This document shows, piece by piece, positions 45,599 to 52,562 of a DNA stretch of 60,399 bases (its first letter is position 1; each line of letters opens with the position of its first letter). The notes beneath the pieces were generated by a model. It had not been told where the DNA came from, searched no databases, and worked only from the letters and a program-made list of their open reading frames with translations. Source of the stretch: Bacteroidales bacterium (lineage in GTDB: Bacteria > Bacteroidota > Bacteroidia > Bacteroidales > F082); the NCBI GenBank assembly GCA_045612025.1, contig JAZKYG010000020.1, positions 1 to 60,399 on the forward strand. The letters run 5' to 3'. The translations under genes and the position numbers were made by a program.

Positions 45599-45616
45599 TA
45601 TACCTTAAAGGGTATA
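45599..45616. promoter_or_regulatory. Operator-like palindrome 2 (TATACCTTAAAGGGTATA)
   Basis: TATACC-N6-GGTATA with perfect 6-bp arms. Confidence 0.5.
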
Positions 45617-45892
45617 ATCAACCAAAGACAAAAGACAAATGGTTAAAGTAGTGAAGTTTAAGTTTAGAGACTATTGTGATATTTTTTGTTAAAATTTTAT
45701 TGTAAATAACGAATGTTTTATATGAAAACAATCATACTATAGGTACAGATATGATTATAATAATTTAACAATCAATGTATTACCCCCCCGATTTTTATTA
45801 AAAAAACTCCATTAACACTTGTTTTTATAAAAAATAAATACAATATTTGTGGTGGAAAATTAATTAAAAGTATAACTTAAAAACTTACAGCC

Positions 45893-46312
45893 ATGAAAAG
45901 ATTATTAGTCATTTTATTTTTAGCATTCTCTTATATAGGAATCGCTCAAAACGATTATGTTATTGTTGACAAGCAAAATTCAGGTGAGACAAGCGAACTA
46001 CAAAGCACTCCAAAATTAGGCTACGACAAATTAGCGGCTGAATACGAAGCCACGAGCATGCAATTAGCAAAGACAAACTATTATCTAGACAAATATGCAC
46101 GTCAAGCATTGTCGGGTGATATTTTGATTATAGCTGGCAGTGTTTTTACAAGTATGGCTGCATTTTGCGGATCTGTTGACACAGCACTTTTATGCACAGT
46201 AGTAGGACTTGGAGCTGGCATCACAGGATATGTCATGAAACTTTCAGCGTACAATCACATACAATCCAACAGATTAAAATACGACGGATTCAAAGTGAGT
46301 TATAAGTTATAA
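45893..46312 (+). CDS. Hypothetical small secreted/membrane protein
   Basis: A signal peptide (MKRLLVILFLAFSYIGIAQ) and two Gly/Ala-rich hydrophobic helices near the C-terminus. Confidence 0.6.
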   Translation: MKRLLVILFLAFSYIGIAQNDYVIVDKQNSGETSELQSTPKLGYDKLAAEYEATSMQLAKTNYYLDKYARQALSGDILIIAGSVFTSMAAFCGSVDTALLCTVVGLGAGITGYVMKLSAYNHIQSNRLKYDGFKVSYKL

Positions 46313-46320
46313 CGGAAAAA

Positions 46321-46344
46321 GGCTGCTAATCAGCAGCCTTTTTT
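46321..46344. terminator. Bidirectional Rho-independent terminator
   Basis: GGCTGCTaatcAGCAGCC is flanked by AAAAA on one side and TTTTTT on the other. It can serve both the + strand gene and the - strand tRNA. Confidence 0.7.
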
Positions 46345-46351
46345 GTTTTTG

Positions 46352-46423
46352 TACCCCCACCGGGAATCGAACCCAGATTTAAAGTTTAGGAAACTTTCGT
46401 TCTATCCGTTGAACTATAGGGGC
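46352..46423 (-). tRNA. tRNA-Arg (anticodon CCU)
   Basis: I folded the reverse complement GCCCCTATAGTTCAACGGATAGAACGAAAGTTTCCTAAACTTTAAATCTGGGTTCGATTCCCGGTGGGGGTA by hand into a cloverleaf. The anticodon stem is AAAGT/ACTTT, the loop is TTCCTAA, the T-loop is TTCGATT, and no CCA is encoded. Confidence 0.85.
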
Positions 46424-46430
46424 ATTTTTA

Positions 46431-46505
46431 ATTCATAATTCATAATGCATAATGCATAATTGAAATGAATAATTACCTTTAGACTTTGGACTTTTGCCTT
46501 TAGCC
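46431..46505. repeat. CATAATK heptamer array followed by an AGGCAAA-family tract
   Basis: ATTCATAATTCATAATGCATAATGCATAATTG, then CCTTTAGACTTTGGACTTTTGCCTTTAGCC. Confidence 0.8.
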
Positions 46506-46582
46506 AATTCTGTGTGCAAAAATAGTGATTTTTTGTCAATAATTAATTTTTCATTTTACATTTATTATTTTGCCAAAATAAT

Positions 46583-46590
46583 TACCTTTG
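46583..46590 (+). promoter_or_regulatory. -7 box TACCTTTG for panCD
   Basis: It matches TAnnTTTG and lies 38 nt upstream of ATG 46629. Confidence 0.45.
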
Positions 46591-46628
46591 TGTGATTTTT
46601 GTAATTTACAATAAAGAATTTTCACAAG

Positions 46629-47471
46629 ATGAAGGTTTTTAATTTTATCGTTGATATTCAACGTTTTGTAGAAGAAAAACATAATTCAGGACTTAAAGTC
46701 GGTTTCGTTCCTACAATGGGAGCGCTTCACGAAGGTCATATTTCTTTGATAAATCGTGCTAAAAAAGAAAACGACATTGTTGTCAGCAGCGTTTTTGTCA
46801 ACCCAATTCAATTCAACAATCCTACAGATTTGGAGAAATATCCTCGCACTCCAGAACTCGACATCGAGAAACTTCAAAACGCAGGATGCGATGCAGTCTT
46901 CATGCCTTCTGTCGAGGAGATGTATCCTGAAAAAGTTGAAGAACATTACGACTTCGGCGATTTAGAACGCGTCATGGAAGGTGCTTGCCGCCCTGGCCAC
47001 TTCAACGGCGTCGCCATCGTTGTTCGTAAATTGTTCGAGATAGTAAATCCTGACAGAGCTTATTTCGGAGAAAAAGACTTCCAACAACTCGCAATCATAA
47101 AGAAAATGGTCAACAATCTCAATATGAACCTCGAGATTGTCCCATGTCCTATCATAAGAGAAAACGACGGCCTCGCAATGAGTTCACGCAACGTACGTCT
47201 CAACGAGACAGAACGCGCTATAGCACCAAAAATCTTCGCTACACTCAATGACGCCGTTTCTAAAAAAGATTCAATGTCACCTGCAGAGATGAGAGAATAC
47301 GCTCTCGCTAAATACGCAGAAATAAAAGAGTTTGACGTGGAATACGTCGAAATCACAGACGAAATAAATCTTAAATCCATTGAAAACTGGAACGAATGCG
47401 AACACGCTCGTATCTTCGTGGCTCTTCAACTCGGTCCAGTCCGTTTAATTGATAACGTTAGAATATTTTAA
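46629..47471 (+). CDS. panC: Pantoate--beta-alanine ligase
   Basis: [16 protein letters not shown] and GEKDFQQ motifs. Confidence 0.95.
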   Translation: MKVFNFIVDIQRFVEEKHNSGLKVGFVPTMGALHEGHISLINRAKKENDIVVSSVFVNPIQFNNPTDLEKYPRTPELDIEKLQNAGCDAVFMPSVEEMYPEKVEEHYDFGDLERVMEGACRPGHFNGVAIVVRKLFEIVNPDRAYFGEKDFQQLAIIKKMVNNLNMNLEIVPCPIIRENDGLAMSSRNVRLNETERAIAPKIFATLNDAVSKKDSMSPAEMREYALAKYAEIKEFDVEYVEITDEINLKSIENWNECEHARIFVALQLGPVRLIDNVRIF

Positions 47472-47472
47472 T

Positions 47473-47817
47473 ATGAATATCGAAGTTCTTAAATCAAAAA
47501 TCCACCGCGCTACAGTAACTCAAGCCGACCTTAACTATATCGGCAGCATTACTATTGACGAAGACTTGTTAGATGCAGCTAACATCATTGAAAACGAACG
47601 TGTTGACATCTACAACATCACTAATGGAGAACGTCTCTGCACATACGCTATCAAAGGCGAACGCGGATCAGGCGTCATCGGAATCAACGGAGCAGCAGCT
47701 CATAAAGTAAACGTCGGCGACCTCGTCATCATCGTTTCTTACTGCTCAATGGATTTCGAAGAAGCTAAGAAACACAAGCCTTCTATCGTATTCCCTAACG
47801 AAAATAATAAGATATAA
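47473..47817 (+). CDS. panD: Aspartate 1-decarboxylase
   Basis: [23 protein letters not shown], including the G-S self-cleavage site. I prefer ATG 47473. Confidence 0.93.
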   Translation: MNIEVLKSKIHRATVTQADLNYIGSITIDEDLLDAANIIENERVDIYNITNGERLCTYAIKGERGSGVIGINGAAAHKVNVGDLVIIVSYCSMDFEEAKKHKPSIVFPNENNKI

Positions 47818-47820
47818 ATA

Positions 47821-47838
47821 GTCAACGGACAACAGACT
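47821..47838. repeat. Intergenic copy of the heptamer family
   Basis: GTCAACGGACAACAGACT. Confidence 0.7.
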
Positions 47839-48912
47839 TTGTGCATAGCGCATAAGTTAAAATATAGAAAAACAAAAGCATTGAAAAAGAAGATTTCCAA
47901 TATTTTAACATATATTGTTTTCCTCTTATTGGGAATACTTCTTCTATGGCTTTGCTTTAGAAAAATAAATTTCTCAGAAGTCTTGGATTATGTCAAGACT
48001 GCAAAATATTCCTGGATGTTGCTAAGTCTGGCATGTCTGGGAATATCTTTATTTTTCAGGGCCTTACGCTGGAATATCTTGATAGAATCTCTTGGATATA
48101 AAACAAGAGTGTCAACAACTTACGAATCAGTTCTGATAGCATATTTCGCCAACACGGTCTTCCCACGACTAGGCGAAGTGACACGCTGCGGAACACTCAC
48201 AAAAAAAGAAAACATACCTTTCGACAAGTCATTCGGAACCGTCATCTCCGAACGCGTCCTCGACCTGGCCATTTTATTTGCAATGGCGATATTAGTCGTT
48301 GTATGTCAATGGAATCTGCTTGGAAGTCTCATCACCTCTTGGCTTAATCCTTTGATAGAAACCTTAAAAAACAATATCGTCTTAGGCGTGATATCAATTT
48401 CCGCAATAGTTGCAGTTTTTGCTGCTATCGTATTCATCTTCAGAAAGAAAAAAGATATTATAGCAGAAAATAAGATATACAGAAAAATAGCTTCTATCTG
48501 CAATGGTTTCCTCGATGGCATCAAGACAATCTTCACCATGGAGAAGAAAGGTTTGTTCATACTTTACACCTTGTTAATCTGGGGATTTTATGTCGTAATG
48601 ACTTGGTTGCCATTCTATATGCTTCCTGAGACATCACATCTAGGATTAACAGAAGCCATCACTTTATTAGGGCTAGCGACCTTAGGCGTAGTAGCACCAG
48701 TACCAGGAGGGATGGGCGTTTATCACTTCATCGGCATACTTTTATTAAACGGATTCTACGGCATCTCAGAAGCAGCAGCCGTGTCATTCGTTACGATAAA
48801 CCATACAAGTCAGATGATTTTCTATCTCGTAACAGGCGTTATTTCTTACGTCACTATGTTCTTTATTGACAGACGGAAACCGATTAATGAGGAGTTAGGA
48901 GTTAGGAATTAG
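47839..48912 (+). CDS. UPF0104 / MprF-type flippase-like transmembrane domain protein
   Basis: Eight or more transmembrane helices, with a [28 protein letters not shown] start region. There is no ATG near the 5' end, so the start is either TTG 47839 or TTG 47881. Confidence 0.75.
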   Translation: MCIAHKLKYRKTKALKKKISNILTYIVFLLLGILLLWLCFRKINFSEVLDYVKTAKYSWMLLSLACLGISLFFRALRWNILIESLGYKTRVSTTYESVLIAYFANTVFPRLGEVTRCGTLTKKENIPFDKSFGTVISERVLDLAILFAMAILVVVCQWNLLGSLITSWLNPLIETLKNNIVLGVISISAIVAVFAAIVFIFRKKKDIIAENKIYRKIASICNGFLDGIKTIFTMEKKGLFILYTLLIWGFYVVMTWLPFYMLPETSHLGLTEAITLLGLATLGVVAPVPGGMGVYHFIGILLLNGFYGISEAAAVSFVTINHTSQMIFYLVTGVISYVTMFFIDRRKPINEELGVRN

Positions 48913-48918
48913 GAATTG
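48889..48918. repeat. GGAGTTA/GGAATTA heptamer array overlapping the CDS end
   Basis: GAGGAGTTAGGAGTTAGGAATTAGGAATTG encodes the last residues, EELGVRN*. Confidence 0.85.
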
Positions 48919-48943
48919 TATTATCTTATTAAAGATTGTCAAT

Positions 48944-49432
48944 ATGAAACATTTAGAAAAGATTTACGATAAGATTTTAAACAAGGAATCTATTGAAGAG
49001 AAGTTGAATTTGTGGCGTAAGGAAGGAAAAACGATAGTCTTTTCAAACGGATGCTTCGATATTTTGCATCGCGGTCATGTTGAATATCTTTCTAAAGCAG
49101 CAGACCTTGGCGATGTGTTGATAATCGGTTTAAACACAGATGCTTCAGTAAAAAGAATCAAAGGTCCATCACGACCAGTCAATGATGAAAAAGCACGCGC
49201 TGTAGTGCTGGCAGCACTTGAATTTGTCGATGCAATAATGTTTTTTGAGGAAGACACTCCTTATGATTTAATCAAATACGTACAACCTGACATACTTGTC
49301 AAAGGCAAAGATTACAAAGCAGAAGACATCGTCGGTTACGACATCGTTACTAACAAAGGTGGAAAAGTAGAGACAATAGAATTAGTTGAAGGGTTTTCTA
49401 CGACGAAAACGATTGAGAAAATGAAATGGTAA
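48944..49432 (+). CDS. D-glycero-beta-D-manno-heptose-1-phosphate adenylyltransferase-like cytidylyltransferase (RfaE domain II type)
   Basis: [32 protein letters not shown] and ILVKGKDY. Confidence 0.85.
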   Translation: MKHLEKIYDKILNKESIEEKLNLWRKEGKTIVFSNGCFDILHRGHVEYLSKAADLGDVLIIGLNTDASVKRIKGPSRPVNDEKARAVVLAALEFVDAIMFFEEDTPYDLIKYVQPDILVKGKDYKAEDIVGYDIVTNKGGKVETIELVEGFSTTKTIEKMKW

Positions 49433-49497
49433 TGTTGACAAAAATAGTTGGTAATTGAGAAACAAAAAGACCTCATTTTTAAAGATTACAACAGTAT

Positions 49498-49717
49498 TAG
49501 TCCCGTTAGGGACGATAGTTTCCAGGCAGGTATGAAGAGCGTAGCTCGGAATGCCTGCATAAAGATCGGATTTGATAAGAGTGCCGAAGGTACGACAGAA
49601 AAATCAAACTCAATTCTGTCGCACCTTCGGCGCTTTGATTAATTTTTAAACCTGTTTGCAGGGATTTCGCGCTTTGCGCTTCATCACCTGCCTATGAACT
49701 GCCGCTCCTACGGAGCT
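49498..49717 (+). ncRNA. Candidate structured RNA or long imperfect palindrome with 6S-like architecture; identity unproven
   Basis: A GC-richer tract. The terminal stem (49580..49597 with 49615..49632) has 16 Watson-Crick pairs and 1 G.U. An internal A/U-rich bubble follows, and then outer arms at 49524..49558 and 49656..49691, and 49498..49513 and 49700..49717. The G.U asymmetry favours the + strand. Confidence 0.3.
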
Positions 49718-49757
49718 GATTTGAGTATTCCTTTATCTCCTTATTTTTTGACATAAA

Positions 49758-49793
49758 AAATAACTTTGACGAAAACATTTTCATCAAAGTTAT
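49758..49793 (+). terminator. Hairpin followed by a T-rich tract
   Basis: AATAACTTTGA pairs with TCAAAGTTATT (11-bp stem), followed by ATATTGTTTT. Confidence 0.4.
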
Positions 49794-49861
49794 TATATTG
49801 TTTTATATATTAGTTAGTTACAGAGGTTTTACCAAGCATTTTGGGCAATTGCCCCCAAAAT

Positions 49862-49889
49862 TAAGGTGACTTCTATTTAGAAATCACCT
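49862..49889 (-). terminator. Hairpin immediately downstream of the beta-helix gene stop
   Basis: AAGGTGACTTCTATTTAGAAATCACCTT, followed by AATTTTGGGGG on the minus strand. Confidence 0.45.
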
Positions 49890-49896
49890 TTTATTA

Positions 49897-50463
49897 TTAT
49901 ACTAATATTCCTTGCATGCTTCCCGAGCCCTGGACTTGCAGCCCTTTTGCTGAAACGCCTCTTAGCATGGCGGAGCCGCCAATTCGGCAGTCTTCCAGGT
50001 CCGAGTCCATAATTTTGGCCCAGTCCGATATTATAGACTCTCCGTGTACGTCCGTTTGGCCTTCTATCTCCGGCCGTCCGAATGCTTTAGAGTGCTCGCG
50101 CACTTTCGCGAAGCCCTTTATCTGAGCTACGCCACCTATTGTCGCGTTATCCATGACCTGGGCGTTTCCGAATATCGTCGCTTCGCAAGCTATTGTCGCC
50201 TTCCCGCGTACTATCGCGTTCCCGTATACCGCCGCAGAGTCGTACACCGTCGCGTTATCCAGGACCCTCGCGTTATCCAGGACCCTCGCGTTCCCATATA
50301 CCGCAGCTTCTCCGCCTACCCAGCAGCCGCCTTCGTGGGACAGATTGCTCTCGTTCTCAATGTAGCCGCCAAGTTCATTTGTTGACGTGCTTTTTATTCT
50401 GTAGACCTTAGTCTTGAATAGTCCCACCTCTTTAAAGTCTTCTTTTATTATCTCGTATTTCAT
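49897..50463 (-). CDS. Beta-helix (hexapeptide-like) repeat protein of unknown function; probably acquired horizontally
   Basis: Repeats VYGNARVLDNARVLDNATVYDSAAVYGNAIVRGKATI...FGNAQVMDNATIGGVAQI. A strong AGGAGG site (50474..50479) lies 10 nt before ATG 50463. The gene is visibly GC-richer than its neighbours. Confidence 0.65.
   Translation of the reverse strand: MKYEIIKEDFKEVGLFKTKVYRIKSTSTNELGGYIENESNLSHEGGCWVGGEAAVYGNARVLDNARVLDNATVYDSAAVYGNAIVRGKATIACEATIFGNAQVMDNATIGGVAQIKGFAKVREHSKAFGRPEIEGQTDVHGESIISDWAKIMDSDLEDCRIGGSAMLRGVSAKGLQVQGSGSMQGILV
50251..50286 (-). repeat. Perfect 18-bp tandem duplication inside the beta-helix CDS
   Basis: CGCGTTATCCAGGACCCT occurs twice, duplicating one NARVLD hexapeptide turn. 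Confidence 0.95.
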
Positions 50464-50485
50464 TGTGCTATTTCCTCCTTTTATT

Positions 50486-51685
50486 TTAATCAATCTTCAG
50501 CACCAATCCTTTAAGGTATGCGCCTTCTGGATGATATATGTTTACAGGATGATCATCTGGCTGGTCAAGTTGGAATATTATCTGAGCCTTGCGTCCTGCT
50601 TCGATAGCGGCTGCCATCACGATGCTTTGGAACTGAGCCTTATCGACGGCTTGGGAACAACTGAAAGTGAATAAGAGACCGCCTTCTTTTATCTTCTTCA
50701 TCGCTTCAAGATTGATGAATTTGTAACCTTGCAATCCTCTGTGTAATGACTTATGATTCTTAGCGAATGCTGGAGGGTCAAGGATGATAAGGTCGAACTC
50801 GCCTTTTTTCATATTTTGAAGGAAGAGCTTTGCATCTTCAGCGACGCTAGGATTTTCCTTGATATCGAAACCGTTGAGAGCGATGTTCTTTTCACAAGCG
50901 GCGATAGCTTTCTTTGAGCAGTCGACAGAAACGACTTTATTTGCACCGCCTTTAAGAGCTGTTACAGAGAAACCGCCAGTGTAGCAGAATGTATTGAGGA
51001 CATTCTTTCCCTTAGCGAGCTGACGGACTAAATCGCGATTGAATCTTTGGTCGAGGAAGAAACCTGTCTTCTGACCGCCTTCCCAATCGACAAAGAACTT
51101 GGAATCATTTTCCAGTACAAACTCATCAGAATTTTCACCTATGAGATAACCGTCTTCAACAGCATCCTTACCCATTCTTTGCATCGCCTCAGAACTCTTG
51201 TTATAAACCGAAGTGATATTGAGACCTTCTATTGTCATCAGCGCGTCAGCGATAGCTTTCACGTTGAGAGCCATGCCTTCGGTCTGAGCCTGAACGACAG
51301 CAGTTTTATTATAAATATCGATTATCAAACCTGGGAGGTTATCACCTTCAGAATGAACGAGACGATAACAGTTAGTATGTTCATTATCTGTCAATCCCAT
51401 CAATTGGCGAAGTTCGAAAGCTTTAGCAAGACGTTCTTTCCAGAAGAACTTGTCGATTTTTCTGTTCTCGAAAGCCAATATCTTAACTGCGATGTTACCA
51501 GCTTCAGCGAAACCCGTACCGAGGATATTATTTTTAGAATCCACGACAGTGACGATGTCGCCTGCCTGAAGATCAGGAGCTGCTGTTTCGATAGCGCCTG
51601 AGAAAATCCATGGATGGTAACGTTTTACAGCTTCGTCTTTACCTCTGCGAAGTTTTATTATTGGGTATAAAGGTGATGAGTTCAT
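50486..51685 (-). CDS. rlmI: Class I SAM-dependent 23S rRNA (cytosine-C5) methyltransferase
   Basis: A PUA-like N-terminus (KRYHPWIFSGAI), the SAM fold VLNTFCYTGGFSV and ILDPPAF. Confidence 0.88.
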   Translation of the reverse strand: MNSSPLYPIIKLRRGKDEAVKRYHPWIFSGAIETAAPDLQAGDIVTVVDSKNNILGTGFAEAGNIAVKILAFENRKIDKFFWKERLAKAFELRQLMGLTDNEHTNCYRLVHSEGDNLPGLIIDIYNKTAVVQAQTEGMALNVKAIADALMTIEGLNITSVYNKSSEAMQRMGKDAVEDGYLIGENSDEFVLENDSKFFVDWEGGQKTGFFLDQRFNRDLVRQLAKGKNVLNTFCYTGGFSVTALKGGANKVVSVDCSKKAIAACEKNIALNGFDIKENPSVAEDAKLFLQNMKKGEFDLIILDPPAFAKNHKSLHRGLQGYKFINLEAMKKIKEGGLLFTFSCSQAVDKAQFQSIVMAAAIEAGRKAQIIFQLDQPDDHPVNIYHPEGAYLKGLVLKID

Positions 51686-51701
51686 AAGGTTTTATTTGTC
51701 G

Positions 51702-51709
51702 CAAAGATA
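51702..51709 (-). promoter_or_regulatory. -7 box TATCTTTG (minus strand) for rlmI
   Basis: It lies 16 nt upstream of ATG 51685 and is back-to-back with the box at 51723..51730. Confidence 0.45.
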
Positions 51710-51722
51710 AAAAGTTTTTTCC

Positions 51723-51730
51723 TACCTTTG
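51723..51730 (+). promoter_or_regulatory. -7 box TACCTTTG for licD-like gene
   Basis: It matches TAnnTTTG and lies 31 nt upstream of ATG 51762. Confidence 0.45.
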
Positions 51731-51761
51731 TACCCATATTTTCGCAATTAGACAATAATTC

Positions 51762-52562
51762 ATGGAAGACTATTCAAGATATAACGGAGAAGGCACCATG
51801 CTTAGAAAAGCACAGATGCGTGAAGTAGAGATACTTGTTGAAGTTGACAAGATTTGTCGCAAACACGATATAAAATATTGGATCGATTTCGGTTCTTTAC
51901 TTGGTGCGGTGCGTCACAAAGGATTCATTCCATGGGACGACGACCTCGACATCTCCATGCTCAGCGAAGACTATAAAAGATTTCTTGAAATAGCACCTAA
52001 AGAATTGCCAGAATGGCTTTTCTTACAGGACCAAAACACAGACCCTACCTACAGACGTTCTATCTGCAAAATAAGAGACCTTAATTCTTTCTTTGTCGAA
52101 CAATATGACGACTTCTCTGCTCCATATAAAAAAGGCATCTTCATCGACATTTTCGAGATAATAGAATATCCTAAAGTATCTCTAAAGACGTTACGATTTT
52201 TATCAAAATGGTCTATCAAAACAAGCCAATTCTTTGATATAAAACAATATATAAATCTTAAAAACATCGTAGCCGGAATAACATTTCCTTTCATAAAATT
52301 ATTCTTAAAGATATTCTGGAAATGTCTGTATATCAGAAAATCTGACAACATAATAGGTTGTCATCTTATACACAATCATCCTTACAAATCATTGATAAGC
52401 AAAGATTATATCTTTCCTCTTTCTGAAATAGAATTTGAAGGCAAGAAATTCATGGCACCAAATAACACTGACGCTTGTTTGAAAGCTCTATATAACGACT
52501 ATATGAGCATTCCGAAAGAAGAAGACAGATGGATTCACTCTAAGTTTATATCTGTCAATTAG
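51762..52562 (+). CDS. licD: LicD-family phosphotransferase (phosphocholine/phospho-alditol transferase family)
   Basis: LRKAQMREVEIL...ICRKHDIKYWIDFGSLLGAVRHKGFIPWDDDLDISM. Confidence 0.88.
   Translation: MEDYSRYNGEGTMLRKAQMREVEILVEVDKICRKHDIKYWIDFGSLLGAVRHKGFIPWDDDLDISMLSEDYKRFLEIAPKELPEWLFLQDQNTDPTYRRSICKIRDLNSFFVEQYDDFSAPYKKGIFIDIFEIIEYPKVSLKTLRFLSKWSIKTSQFFDIKQYINLKNIVAGITFPFIKLFLKIFWKCLYIRKSDNIIGCHLIHNHPYKSLISKDYIFPLSEIEFEGKKFMAPNNTDACLKALYNDYMSIPKEEDRWIHSKFISVN

Noticed and set aside
46352-46423. An integrative mobile element could be inserted at tRNA-Arg.
   Set aside because: I could find no integrase, excisionase, transposase or duplicated tRNA 3' segment within the window. Only the accessory character of the neighbouring genes is supported.
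49448-49642. The 64-aa ORF in the track (MVIEKQKDLIFKDY...).
   Set aside because: It lies entirely inside the imperfect palindrome. The mirrored arm yields a similar peptide start on the other strand (MKRKARNPC versus MKSVARNAC), so the ORF is a by-product of the symmetry. It has no -7 box or Shine-Dalgarno site in a suitable position.
50044-50411. Three overlapping + strand ORFs (50044..50385, 50153..50365, 50193..50411) with Pro/Arg/Ser-rich translations.
   Set aside because: They are off-frame or antisense readings of the GC-rich hexapeptide-repeat gene on the minus strand. They are repetitive low-complexity peptides with no start context.
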